Shown: one piece after another, positions 1 through 9,396 of the stretch | Position numbering within the stretch: position 1 is the first letter of the stretch | Layout of the letters: the number at the start of each line of letters is the position of its first letter | NCBI GenBank assembly: GCA_937127445.1 | Contig: CAKZLY010000030.1 | Span: forward strand, 74,023 to 138,022 | Length of the DNA: 64,000 nt | From: an uncultured Ignavibacteria bacterium | GTDB lineage: Bacteria > Bacteroidota > Ignavibacteria > Kapaibacteriales > UBA2268 | Direction of reading: 5' to 3' | Program-made: the position numbers and the translations under genes | The notes under the pieces: model-generated | What the model saw: the letters and a program-made list of their open reading frames with translations, nothing else | The model's database searches: none | What the model was told of the DNA's origin: nothing

Positions 1-185
1 ATTTGAACAATTTTAGTACTATCGAGTTTTGTAACAGCCACGAAAAGAAAAGTTGTGTTACCTCCTTCATTTTCGTCGTGTATTTCATCAATAATCTCAT
101 ATTTGATAGATTTTTGGAAAAGTATGAAAGCAGCAATGATAATTATCACCACTGGGACAAGAAAGTATAATAATTTTTTTGGCAT
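1..185 (-). CDS. Hypothetical membrane-anchored protein, N-terminal part only; the gene runs off the window start
   Basis: ATG at 185 on the minus strand opens a frame that reads to position 1 with no stop (MPKKLLYFLVPVVIIIIAAFILFQK...). It has a hydrophobic N-terminus and lies co-directionally upstream of the CdsA-like gene. Confidence 0.35.
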   Translation of the reverse strand, partial: MPKKLLYFLVPVVIIIIAAFILFQKSIKYEIIDEIHDENEGGNTTFLFVAVTKLDSTKIVQ

Positions 186-195
186 AAAGCACCAT

Positions 196-951
196 TTATA
201 GAATATGAAGAAAATCTTGTAAGTAAGGAGTTGCAAAAGTGCTGAAAGCAAGCATAATAATACCAATACTCATTGGAACTACAAAATTATCGTCCATTTT
301 AAGCTTTTTGGAGGAAACTTCGGCAAATCCACCCGCAATTGCACCAAGCGAACCTGCTATAAAATAAGACACAGGTGCATCAAATGAAAACCCAAGGACA
401 AAGACCGCAGCGATAGCTGTTGTAATGAAGGCGATAGTTCCTTCCCAGGATTTATTGAAAAGCTTATGGCGACCGAATTTTCTACCGATAAGCGCTGCTG
501 CAATATCTGATACAATTAAAATTGTAAAGGCAGTAACAGCAATAATTTTTGGAAAAATCAAGATTGTAATTACAGCAGAAATAAGCACCCACGAAGCACC
601 GTTGAGCAATATCTTATTCTTTTTTCGTTCGTGCTTTCTTAAAATGCCTCCAAAAAGTTGCTTATAAATTTTACGCAAAAACTCATTTTTTTTAGTGGAA
701 ATATCAATTGTAACCATCAGTACAGCAAGAACAAACAAAATTACGATCGCTGTTTTTCTCTCGACAAATATATATCCAATTGGTATAGAAAGCGAACACA
801 AATGAATTAACTTACGAACAACTTCCTGATGATAGGGTATTTGTTCCTTTTGTTTTTTCTTATTTTTCAATTCGACTCTATTCCCATTTTGGGAGTTTTC
901 AACGAGTAGCTGATTATCCAAATTATTTTCAAGTTGTTTCGTTGTATTCAT
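196..951 (-). CDS. Polytopic membrane protein of the CTP-transferase-1 superfamily (CdsA / dolichol kinase / CTP-dependent diacylglycerol kinase-like)
   Basis: 251 aa with several hydrophobic helices. The C-terminal motifs IGRKFGRHK...SWEGT resemble the cytidylyltransferase/dolichol-kinase signature. Confidence 0.5.
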   Translation of the reverse strand: MNTTKQLENNLDNQLLVENSQNGNRVELKNKKKQKEQIPYHQEVVRKLIHLCSLSIPIGYIFVERKTAIVILFVLAVLMVTIDISTKKNEFLRKIYKQLFGGILRKHERKKNKILLNGASWVLISAVITILIFPKIIAVTAFTILIVSDIAAALIGRKFGRHKLFNKSWEGTIAFITTAIAAVFVLGFSFDAPVSYFIAGSLGAIAGGFAEVSSKKLKMDDNFVVPMSIGIIMLAFSTFATPYLQDFLHIL

Positions 952-990
952 AATTGATATTTGCTTTTGTTAGATGTAAAATACAAAATT

Positions 991-1815
991 ATGAAAACTT
1001 TAACAAAAAATGCTAACGCAAAAATAAACATTGGGCTACAAGTATTAAACAAACGAAGCGATAATTTTCATAATATTAACTCGATTTTTGTTCCGATAAG
1101 TCTTAGCGACGTAATCACAATAAGCGAAAACAATCAATTTGAGCTTCGAAGTAATGTTAAATTTAATATTACGGATGATGAAAATCTTGTTATAAAAGCT
1201 GCGAAAAAATTTAATGAATCGCTTGGAATAAGTAAAGCATATAGAATAAAATTGCAAAAAGAGATACCAATGCAAGCGGGACTTGGTGGTGGAAGTGCAG
1301 ATGCAGCAGTTGTTTTGAAGATGCTCAACGAGATGAACGGCAACCCATTCAGTAATGAATACTTAGCAAAACTTGCTCTTGAACTCGGTTCAGATGTTCC
1401 TTTCTTCATTTACAATAAACCAGTAATAGCCCGAGGACGTGGTGAAATTCTTCAATTTATTAACTTTAGAAGAGATATTCATATATTAGTTGTTTTTCCG
1501 AATATTAATATTTCAACAAAAGAAGCATACGAAGCATTACATAGAACGAAAGAGCCATTGCAAGAAATTGACTTTTATTCTGCATTTCATACCGGCCAAT
1601 ATCATCTAATAAGAAATGATTTTGAGCAATATGCGATTGAAAAACATAAAGAAATTCGACAAATCAAGGATATTCTGTATGAAAATGGCTCATTTTTTGC
1701 TTTAATGAGTGGAAGTGGTTCTGCTGTATATGGGATGTTTAATAGTTTAGAAGAAATGGCAAAAACAGCAGAAAAATTAGATACCTATAAAACATATTTT
1801 TGCAAAACTATATAG
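991..1815 (+). CDS. ispE: 4-diphosphocytidyl-2-C-methyl-D-erythritol kinase (GHMP kinase)
   Basis: Contains NAKINIGLQVL..KR.DNFH and the GHMP motif PMQAGLGGGSADAAVVL. First ATG is at 991; the supplied ORF begins at an alternative TTG at 961. Confidence 0.8.
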   Translation: MKTLTKNANAKINIGLQVLNKRSDNFHNINSIFVPISLSDVITISENNQFELRSNVKFNITDDENLVIKAAKKFNESLGISKAYRIKLQKEIPMQAGLGGGSADAAVVLKMLNEMNGNPFSNEYLAKLALELGSDVPFFIYNKPVIARGRGEILQFINFRRDIHILVVFPNINISTKEAYEALHRTKEPLQEIDFYSAFHTGQYHLIRNDFEQYAIEKHKEIRQIKDILYENGSFFALMSGSGSAVYGMFNSLEEMAKTAEKLDTYKTYFCKTI

Positions 1816-1821
1816 AACAAT

Positions 1822-3288
1822 ATGAATATATTACTTGTATCGGCAGAAATTGAACCGTTTGCAAAAACAGGTGGATTAGCAGATGTATGTGCCACCTTAC
1901 CTAGAGAATGGCAGCGACTTGGGCAGAACCCAATTATTGTAATGCCAAAATATGGATTTATTAATGTTGAAAAATGGGGATTTCGTCCTACATTTCTGAC
2001 ACTAATTGTTCCGATGGGTTATTGGACAGAATTCGCACACATTTGGGAAGGAACACTACCTAATAGTGATGTCCCTGTATATTTAATTGAGCACAATCAG
2101 TATTTCGATAGACCCGGCATATATGGCAATGCAAATGAATATATAGATAATAATAGAAGATTTATTTTCCTTGCAAGGGCAGCATTTGAAGTTGCAAAAG
2201 CATTAGATTTCACACCTGACATTATTCATGCACATGATTTTCACACAGCTTTTGCGATGCCATTTTTGAAAGCAATATATAGAAATGATTATAGATTTTC
2301 GAAAACAGCTGGAGTATTCACAATTCATAATCTGGCTTATCAAGGACGATATGAACCGCTCTCAACAATGGAATTCTCAACGTTCGGGATGAAGGAGTTT
2401 TATCCAGGTTCGTGGTTTGAATATTATGGAAGTGTTAATTTTATGAAAGTCGGAATAATGTTTGCCGACAAGATAACAACAGTTAGCCCGACTTATGCAC
2501 GAGAAATACGTTATCCCTATTATGGTGAAGGGCTTCACGATGTTTTGAATTATAGAGGAGCAGATTTAATTGGTGTGTTGAATGGAGTTTATTATAATGA
2601 TTGGGACCCAAATATTGACAAATTTATTTATAAAAATTACAATATAGATAGTTTGCATCTAAAAAATGATGTCAAGAAAAGTTTTTTATATGAAAATGGG
2701 TTAAATGATTATGACAATCTTGATAAACCTCTGATAGGAATGGTTAGCCGATTGACAGAGCAAAAAGGGATTGACTTAGTTCGTTACAAGATCGAGCAGT
2801 ATTTAGCAGAGGGAGCTTTTAGGTTTGCTTTATTGGGTTCTGGAAATAAGAAAGACGAGGACTTTTTCGTATATCTCAAATGGAAATATCCGAAAGATGC
2901 ATTAATACAAATAGGATATAGCGATTTGCTTTCACATCGAATAATAGCTGCATCAGACTTTTTCTTAATGCCATCGCGGTTTGAGCCTTGCGGGCTAACA
3001 CAGATGTATTCAATGAAATATGGAACGATACCTATCGTTCGTCAAACGGGTGGGCTTGCGGATACTGTATTCGAGTATAATTACGCAACTGGCGAAGGCA
3101 ACGGATTTAATTTTTACCAGTATAATGCGGATGATATGGCTTGGGCAATTCGGCGAGCATTGTCTATATACAACAATCAACCACACTGGGATATTATTCG
3201 GCAGAATATGATGAAAATGGATTTCTCTTCGAGCAAAACTGCAATGGAATACTTAAAAGTGTTTACGTGGGCACTCGAAAAAGTATAA
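1822..3288 (+). CDS. glgA: Glycogen/starch synthase, ADP-glucose type (GT5)
   Basis: N-terminal signature SAEIEPFAKTGGLADV. 488 aa, with the C-terminal GT-B motif region typical of GlgA. Confidence 0.9.
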   Translation: MNILLVSAEIEPFAKTGGLADVCATLPREWQRLGQNPIIVMPKYGFINVEKWGFRPTFLTLIVPMGYWTEFAHIWEGTLPNSDVPVYLIEHNQYFDRPGIYGNANEYIDNNRRFIFLARAAFEVAKALDFTPDIIHAHDFHTAFAMPFLKAIYRNDYRFSKTAGVFTIHNLAYQGRYEPLSTMEFSTFGMKEFYPGSWFEYYGSVNFMKVGIMFADKITTVSPTYAREIRYPYYGEGLHDVLNYRGADLIGVLNGVYYNDWDPNIDKFIYKNYNIDSLHLKNDVKKSFLYENGLNDYDNLDKPLIGMVSRLTEQKGIDLVRYKIEQYLAEGAFRFALLGSGNKKDEDFFVYLKWKYPKDALIQIGYSDLLSHRIIAASDFFLMPSRFEPCGLTQMYSMKYGTIPIVRQTGGLADTVFEYNYATGEGNGFNFYQYNADDMAWAIRRALSIYNNQPHWDIIRQNMMKMDFSSSKTAMEYLKVFTWALEKV

Positions 3289-3321
3289 AAAAGGAGGCAA
3301 GTTGATTACCTCCTTTTTTAT
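3286..3321. terminator. Rho-independent terminator hairpin (AGGAGG..CCTCCT stem flanked by an A-run and a T-run), bidirectional between glgA and the convergent lipoprotein gene
   Basis: Inverted repeat aggagg(3292-3297)/cctcct(3309-3314), flanked by aaaaaa and tttttt. Confidence 0.5.
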
Positions 3322-3334
3322 GTATATCTAATGA

Positions 3335-3760
3335 TTATTTAGCTTCTTCGGCTTTCTCTAATATAAAGAAATTAACTCCGGAAACTTGTTTAGCCATACC
3401 GTAGAGAGCAATTTTTTTGCCTACAAGTGGAACGATTTTTTCGACGGCATAGGTATTGTCGTTTTTATCAACGACTACATAGTAAGTTTCGGCAGATTTG
3501 AAGAGGAGAAACGCACCATCTTTTAGCATTTTTGTAGCAGCCTGGACATCAGTCAGAGGAGCATTGTTGCCTTGAGCAGCCAAATCAAGACTAATGAGTT
3601 CCCCGACTAAAGGAGTTTGAGTAAAGTCGTTAGGGTCCTGAGCTTGCTTGAGAGCTTCTTCCATAGTAGGAGTTTTTTCTAATTCTTCGGGTTTAGGTTG
3701 TTCTTTGCAAGCAGTAAAAACGACCATTAAAGCAGCAAGAATCAACAATAATTTTTTCAT
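3335..3760 (-). CDS. Small lipoprotein of unknown function (paralog of the next gene)
   Basis: Lipobox MKKLLLILAALMVVFTAC. The C-terminal ~90 aa align with the 3775..4242 protein (GxxISLxxLAxG ... YxV ... G..N..I...F). Confidence 0.6.
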   Translation of the reverse strand: MKKLLLILAALMVVFTACKEQPKPEELEKTPTMEEALKQAQDPNDFTQTPLVGELISLDLAAQGNNAPLTDVQAATKMLKDGAFLLFKSAETYYVVVDKNDNTYAVEKIVPLVGKKIALYGMAKQVSGVNFFILEKAEEAK

Positions 3761-3774
3761 TTATTTACTCCTCC

Positions 3775-4242
3775 TTATTCCACAGGTTGCATTTGTTTAG
3801 CAAAAATTACAGCGAAGCCATTGATATAACGAATTTCACCGGCGATACCAAGATTTTGCACGCCAGCGAATTTAGCAAGGCTGCGACCGTCGAAAGCATT
3901 TTTAGTATTATATACTAAATAGATTTGGTCGGCTGCTTTAAGAGCAAGAGGCTGATTTTTTCTGACCATTTCATCAGCTTCGGCTTTTGTAACGACTGGG
4001 TCTGCACCCATAGCCAATTTTGTAAGGCTGATTACCTGTCCAGTAACATCAGCTTTAAACTGTTGAGTTTTTACAGCTTTTTGAGGTTGAGCAACGGGTT
4101 TAGTAGCTTCTTGAGTGAGAGTTTTTTTAGTTGCTTCGGCAGGCTCTTGTGGAAGAGTTTTTTTGACTGCTTCCTGAGCATTCACTACAACAAAAAGAAA
4201 AGCAAAAAGACTAAACAAACCAATAATTTTTTTCATAGTCAA
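3775..4242 (-). CDS. Small secreted protein of unknown function (paralog of 3335..3760)
   Basis: Signal peptide MKKIIGLFSLFAFLFVVVNAQE. Has a Lys/Thr/Pro-rich linker and a C-terminal domain related to its neighbour. Confidence 0.6.
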   Translation of the reverse strand: MTMKKIIGLFSLFAFLFVVVNAQEAVKKTLPQEPAEATKKTLTQEATKPVAQPQKAVKTQQFKADVTGQVISLTKLAMGADPVVTKAEADEMVRKNQPLALKAADQIYLVYNTKNAFDGRSLAKFAGVQNLGIAGEIRYINGFAVIFAKQMQPVE

Positions 4243-4254
4243 ACTCCATTAATA

Positions 4255-5160
4255 TTAGTTAGAAGTTTTTGCGTAAGGGACACCAGCAACTTTTTGATAA
4301 GAGATTTTCATCTTAACGTACTTATCATTACCCGAACCCTGCAAGAAACCGCCACTACCACGTTCTACAAGAACTTTAGCATAATTATAATTGGTTTGTC
4401 CTTGACGTTGAATGCGAACAACAAAGACAAGACCAGTTTGACCATTGTCGAGTTGCAAAAGATTTAATCTTCTTTCAGCAAAATTTAAAGTATTGAGAGC
4501 AGCTTTTTCTAAAATATTATCAAGTGTATTAGTTTCCCAATAAGTATCAGCAATTTCAACTTTGTCGGTTGGAGTTCCAGTACCAATATTAATTTGGCTA
4601 GCAGAACCGAAGAATAGAGCACCAGTAGTTCGATTATCTAAACCAAGATGCCACTTGGTTTTTTCAGTAGCTTTTAAATTTTCAGGTTTGTTGTTTTGGC
4701 CATAAATAGTCAATCCAGAACCATATTGGGATTCGTAGACATACATTCTTATGTCGTCAGTTTCAAAACGGGATGCAGGGGACCAGGTTACGGAAGTTGA
4801 ACCAGTACTAGTTTTGTTGTCAGAATTTACAGATTTTAAAGTGAAAGTATAAACAACACCTTCTTGCAAACCGGAGACTTTGTAATTATCAGTTTTGCCG
4901 ATTTTAATAGGAGTCATGGGATTACCACCAGTAACAGTGAGTTCATAACCGGCGAACCAGCTTGAGTCGTAGCTTGCTGATTTGTCCCATTTAAGCAGAA
5001 CTTCTGTAGCAGAAATAGATGTTGCCCGAAGATTAGTCGGAGCAGCAGGGATTGGCTTGTCGGCAGAGACAGGATCGTCTGTATCTTCTTCGCAAGCAGT
5101 AAAAATTAGAGCACTTAGCAAAAAAAAGGCAAACAAACTAAACAATTTTAATAATTTCAT
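4255..5160 (-). CDS. Lipoprotein with a fibronectin type-III-like domain, unknown function
   Basis: Lipobox ALIFTACEED. Segment PTNLRATSISATEVLLKWDKS is an FN3-like strand pattern. It is the first gene of a three-gene minus-strand operon with 14-15 nt spacers. Confidence 0.55.
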   Translation of the reverse strand: MKLLKLFSLFAFFLLSALIFTACEEDTDDPVSADKPIPAAPTNLRATSISATEVLLKWDKSASYDSSWFAGYELTVTGGNPMTPIKIGKTDNYKVSGLQEGVVYTFTLKSVNSDNKTSTGSTSVTWSPASRFETDDIRMYVYESQYGSGLTIYGQNNKPENLKATEKTKWHLGLDNRTTGALFFGSASQINIGTGTPTDKVEIADTYWETNTLDNILEKAALNTLNFAERRLNLLQLDNGQTGLVFVVRIQRQGQTNYNYAKVLVERGSGGFLQGSGNDKYVKMKISYQKVAGVPYAKTSN

Positions 5161-5265
5161 AAAAACCTCTGAATATTGTTGAAAAAATTAATTAAAGATT
5201 AATTACGTCATTTATTTGAATAATATAAACGATAGTACAATATTTTAAGTGTAATTATTATTATT

Positions 5266-6675
5266 ATGGATAACGACACTTTCTTTAAGATGTTACAACA
5301 AATTTCTGAATGGATAATCAGATATTACGAAAATATCGAAAGTTATCCGGTAAAATCGCAAGTAGTGCCACGCGAAATTTATAAAAAAGTATCCGAACTT
5401 GACAATAAATCGCCCACGAATATTGAAAAAATATTATCAGATTTTGAAAAAATCATACTACCTGGAATAACACACTGGCAAAGTCCAAATTTTTTTGCAT
5501 ATTTTCCTGCTAACACCTCTCCCCCATCTATACTTGCGGAAATGCTAACATCAGCAATTGCTGCACAATGTATGGTATGGGAAACTTCACCAGCAGCCGC
5601 TGAATTAGAGGAATTTACACTAAAATTGTTACGTGAATATATTGGACTTCCGGAAAGCTTCAATGGAGTGATTCAAGATACAGCTTCGACGGCAACATTG
5701 GTTGCATTAATTGTTGCAAGAGAAAAAAAATCTTCTTTTTCAATTAATGAAAATGGGTTCGATGGGAAAATTTACAGAGTTTATTGCTCGGAGGAAGCAC
5801 ATTCATCTATTGAAAAAGCAGCAAAAATAGCTGGATATGGTAGAAAAAATGTTGTTAAAATACCCACTGATCAAAATTTTGCGATGAGAGTTAACTTGCT
5901 TGAAAAATCTATTTTAGAAGACATTGAAAAAGGATTTATACCTTGTGCGGTAGTATCTGCCTTTGGAACAACAAGTTCGACAGCGATAGACCCAATAGAT
6001 GAAATTGCCGAAATAGCCTCAAAATATGGTCTATTTCATCATGTTGATGGAGCTTTGGCTGGTTCGGCATTGATTGTACCGGAAATGCGACAATTTGCTA
6101 AAGGCATAGAAAAAGCTAATTCGTTCGTATTTAACCCGCATAAATGGCTGCTCACAAACTTTGATTGTTCCGTGCATTTTGTGAAAGATAAGGAAATACT
6201 AATAAGAACTTTTTCGATAACACCTGAATATTTAAAAACGTCAGTTGATGATCAAGTAAATAATTACCGTGATTGGGGAATTCAGCTTGGGAGACGTTTT
6301 CGTGCCTTGAAATTGTGGTTCGTTATGAGATATTATGGATTGGAGGGATTGCAGAAATTTATTCGTGAGCATTTATCACTTGCGAAATACTTTGCAGAAA
6401 ACATTGTAGCTGAAGGTGATTTTGAATTGCTTGCACCAGTGTATTTCAATACAGTTTGTTTTAGATATATAAGAAGTGATGGGAAGAGAAACGTAGACGA
6501 AATTAACGAAGAATTGCTGAAGACATTGAATAAAAGTGGGAGAATATATATAACTCACACTAAACTAAATGGAAAATACATAATTCGATTTGTAGTTGGG
6601 CAGACAAATACAAAAAAGCGGCACATAGATGCCGCTCTGGAACTAATTAAACAAACTGCAAGAAATTTAGTTTAG
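5266..6675 (+). CDS. Group-II pyridoxal-phosphate-dependent decarboxylase, aromatic-L-amino-acid/tyrosine decarboxylase family
   Basis: PLP-lysine motif FNPHKWLLTNFDCS, and an N-terminal HWQSPNFFAYFP block typical of DDC/TDC enzymes. 469 aa. Confidence 0.8.
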   Translation: MDNDTFFKMLQQISEWIIRYYENIESYPVKSQVVPREIYKKVSELDNKSPTNIEKILSDFEKIILPGITHWQSPNFFAYFPANTSPPSILAEMLTSAIAAQCMVWETSPAAAELEEFTLKLLREYIGLPESFNGVIQDTASTATLVALIVAREKKSSFSINENGFDGKIYRVYCSEEAHSSIEKAAKIAGYGRKNVVKIPTDQNFAMRVNLLEKSILEDIEKGFIPCAVVSAFGTTSSTAIDPIDEIAEIASKYGLFHHVDGALAGSALIVPEMRQFAKGIEKANSFVFNPHKWLLTNFDCSVHFVKDKEILIRTFSITPEYLKTSVDDQVNNYRDWGIQLGRRFRALKLWFVMRYYGLEGLQKFIREHLSLAKYFAENIVAEGDFELLAPVYFNTVCFRYIRSDGKRNVDEINEELLKTLNKSGRIYITHTKLNGKYIIRFVVGQTNTKKRHIDAALELIKQTARNLV

Positions 6676-6888
6676 GCTGCAAGAGCCGCCACAACAACCA
6701 CCAAAATCACAAGATGAGGTCATTTCTGAAGAACCGCCTTGTGAAATTAATCCAGTAGTGGACATTACTTTTCTGTAGGCAGTGGAACCGCAGCTGGGGC
6801 ATACTATTGCACGTTCATCTTCGCGAACTTTGTGGAAAATTTCGTATTTTGCTCCACATTCTTCGCATTTGTAAGTGTAAATAGGCAT
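6667..6888 (-). CDS. FmdB-family zinc-ribbon protein (putative regulatory)
   Basis: MPIYTYKCEECG...VCPSCGS is a double CxxC motif, followed by a Gly/Ser/Cys-rich tail. 73 aa. Confidence 0.7.
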   Translation of the reverse strand: MPIYTYKCEECGAKYEIFHKVREDERAIVCPSCGSTAYRKVMSTTGLISQGGSSEMTSSCDFGGCCGGSCSLN

Positions 6889-7011
6889 TATACTACTTAA
6901 TTATTGTTTTACATTACTCTTCGTTCATATAGACGACAGATTAACTTTTATATTATGAATTATTATTTTCTTTTTAAATTGCATTTTTGTGTAATTATTC
7001 AAAGAAATAAA

Positions 7012-9309
7012 ATGAAAACAAAGCAAAACGAAAGGAATCAGACAAAAGAAATCAAATCAAGTTATTATTGGTATATAGCAATAGGGTTATTTGTAATAAC
7101 GACAGCGATTTTCTTTTGGGATCATTTGTTTGGAAATTCGTTTTTGTGGGAAGACTTTGCGGAATATGTTTATCCGGTTCAGACATTTGCAGCAAGAGAG
7201 TCTGCAAATTGGAGGATACCGCTTTGGAATCCATTTTCATTTGCAGGAATGCCCTTTTTGGCTGATATACAAGTAGGATTTTTTTATCCATTGAATAGGA
7301 TATTAACATTATTTGTTGGATCGGACGGCACTTTGCCCGTGAAAATGCTTGAATTATCGTTGATAATTCATTTTTTGATTGCACAGATTTCAATGTTTGC
7401 ATTGATGAAGTATTTCAAAGTAAGTTTTTGGGCAGCAATAGTATCAGCAATCTCATATTCATTTTCATTTTTGCTTGTTTGCCATGCAATACACCCGATG
7501 ATTGTGATCCACTTATCTTGGTTTCCATTAATATTTATGTACTATCATAAGGCAAATTCACTAAGTTCCATAAAATCGGGAGTGATTTCGGGACTATTAT
7601 TGGGAATGATAATGCTATCTGGTCACCCACAAATGACGTTATACATTTCATTGTTTTTGGGAGTATATTTTATTTGGAGCTTAATTATCGATATAACCCA
7701 AAAAACAATAAACGCAAAGAATATTTTAAAGTATGTTACTGCTTCATTATTGCCATTTTTAATAGCTACCGGACTATTTCAAATACAATATTTGCCATCA
7801 AGCGAGTTAGCAGATCTATCGCGAAGGCAGGAAATGACATTTGAAGCAGCTTCGGAAGGTTCGCTTGAACCACCACAAGTAATTTCGTCGGTTGTGCCAA
7901 AATTTTTCGGTTATACAGATGCAACAGGAGAGTCGAAGGTCGCATTTCAATTAAAAAAGAAGAATAATAAAGGTAATTATGAACCATTTCAATACTATTA
8001 TTACTGGGAAACAGCATATTATTTTGGAGTTGTCGCATTAATGCTTGGAATGCTTGGAATAATAGGATTGATGAAAACTAATAGGTTGGTAGCTTTTTTG
8101 GCTGTATTTTCTATATTTGCATTAATATTTGCAATGGGAAGCAATGGATTTTTATACTATTTCTTCTATAAACTTCCTTTCTTTGCAAAATTAAGAATTC
8201 CGGCAAGGATGGCATTTGCAATCGCTTTTGGCTTTTCGGTAATTGCAGGATTTGCAATTGATAAGCTCAGAGATTTCAGTCTAAAACAAATTTTGATGGC
8301 TACGGTATTTCCGTTGCTTGTGGCATTTCTAACAGCAATAGGTGCATTGCAGTCCTTTTTCAGTATAGATGAAAATTCCATTTCAATAATTCAAAACTAC
8401 GGAGCAACTGCATTATTCTTTGTAGTATCTACGTTAATTATTATTTATTTGGGAAGTAAAAATAAATTATCTATATCATTTGCAGCAGTATTACTGGCAT
8501 TACTCGCATTTATTGATTTATATATAGCTGGGGCTGATTTTAATCGCTCGAAAAACGATTACTCGAAGCAATATCAATTACCTGAACAGACGTTGGGCGC
8601 ATTCAGATCGAAATACCCTAATGAAATTTTTAGAGTTAATTCGAGAATATATAATCCGCCGTTTATGGCAATGAAACGTAACCAAGGTATGGTTTCTGGG
8701 ATTGAGCTTCTCGAAGGTTACAACCCATTAGTTCTCGAACGAAATGTTCCGCCACTAAGTCGTGATGAAATACACAAATTATTGAATGTCAAATACGAGA
8801 TAGCGATTGATTCGGTCAGAATGTCTCCATATTTTGCTGAGCGAAAAGATCGTTTGCCAAGAGCTTGGCTTGTTGGCTCGGCTATTGTAATGAAAGAAGA
8901 CAGTGTATCTGAATTTATGAAAGGTAAATCTGTTGATTACTCTCAGATTGCTGTAATTGAAAAACGACCAGAAATTAATTTACCAAGCGAAATTGACACA
9001 AATTTTACAGGAGCAGCAAAAATCACACACTATTCTCCCAATTTGATCAAAGTTGAAACAAGTGCAAATAAAGCGTCATTGCTTTGTTTAAGCGAAATAT
9101 ATTATCCATTGTGGATTGCCAAAGTTGACGAGAAAGAAGCCGAAATCATTCGTGCAAATTATTGTTTGCGAAGCATAGCTCTTCCATCAGGCACACACAC
9201 AGTGGAACTTGTAGCATATTCAAATAAATTTGTTAGTGGGATATGGATTTCACTGATAACGCTTGCTCTATCAATAGTTTTAATTATTATCTATAGAAAG
9301 AAAGAGTAA
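7012..9309 (+). CDS. YfhO-family polytopic membrane protein (putative glycosyl/lipid-linked glycan transferase)
   Basis: ~765 aa with many TM helices and a conserved YfhO-like N-terminal block FWDHLFGNSFLWEDFAEYVYPVQTF...WNP. First ATG with a sensible N-terminus (MKTKQ) is at 7012; the ORF track begins at an upstream alternative start at 6904. Confidence 0.7.
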   Translation: MKTKQNERNQTKEIKSSYYWYIAIGLFVITTAIFFWDHLFGNSFLWEDFAEYVYPVQTFAARESANWRIPLWNPFSFAGMPFLADIQVGFFYPLNRILTLFVGSDGTLPVKMLELSLIIHFLIAQISMFALMKYFKVSFWAAIVSAISYSFSFLLVCHAIHPMIVIHLSWFPLIFMYYHKANSLSSIKSGVISGLLLGMIMLSGHPQMTLYISLFLGVYFIWSLIIDITQKTINAKNILKYVTASLLPFLIATGLFQIQYLPSSELADLSRRQEMTFEAASEGSLEPPQVISSVVPKFFGYTDATGESKVAFQLKKKNNKGNYEPFQYYYYWETAYYFGVVALMLGMLGIIGLMKTNRLVAFLAVFSIFALIFAMGSNGFLYYFFYKLPFFAKLRIPARMAFAIAFGFSVIAGFAIDKLRDFSLKQILMATVFPLLVAFLTAIGALQSFFSIDENSISIIQNYGATALFFVVSTLIIIYLGSKNKLSISFAAVLLALLAFIDLYIAGADFNRSKNDYSKQYQLPEQTLGAFRSKYPNEIFRVNSRIYNPPFMAMKRNQGMVSGIELLEGYNPLVLERNVPPLSRDEIHKLLNVKYEIAIDSVRMSPYFAERKDRLPRAWLVGSAIVMKEDSVSEFMKGKSVDYSQIAVIEKRPEINLPSEIDTNFTGAAKITHYSPNLIKVETSANKASLLCLSEIYYPLWIAKVDEKEAEIIRANYCLRSIALPSGTHTVELVAYSNKFVSGIWISLITLALSIVLIIIYRKKE

Positions 9310-9396
9310 TCTCCCAAAATAAAGATTTGAAATATTTAATTTTTTTTCATTATTTTAATTTAGTGAATTTGTTTCACTAAATGTATATAATTGATA

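Noticed and set aside
6904-7011. N-terminal extension of the YfhO-like ORF from an alternative start
   Set aside because: The extension (MFYITLRSYRRQINF...) is AT-rich and promoter-like. The MKTKQ ATG at 7012 gives a sensible cytoplasmic N-terminus before the first TM helix.
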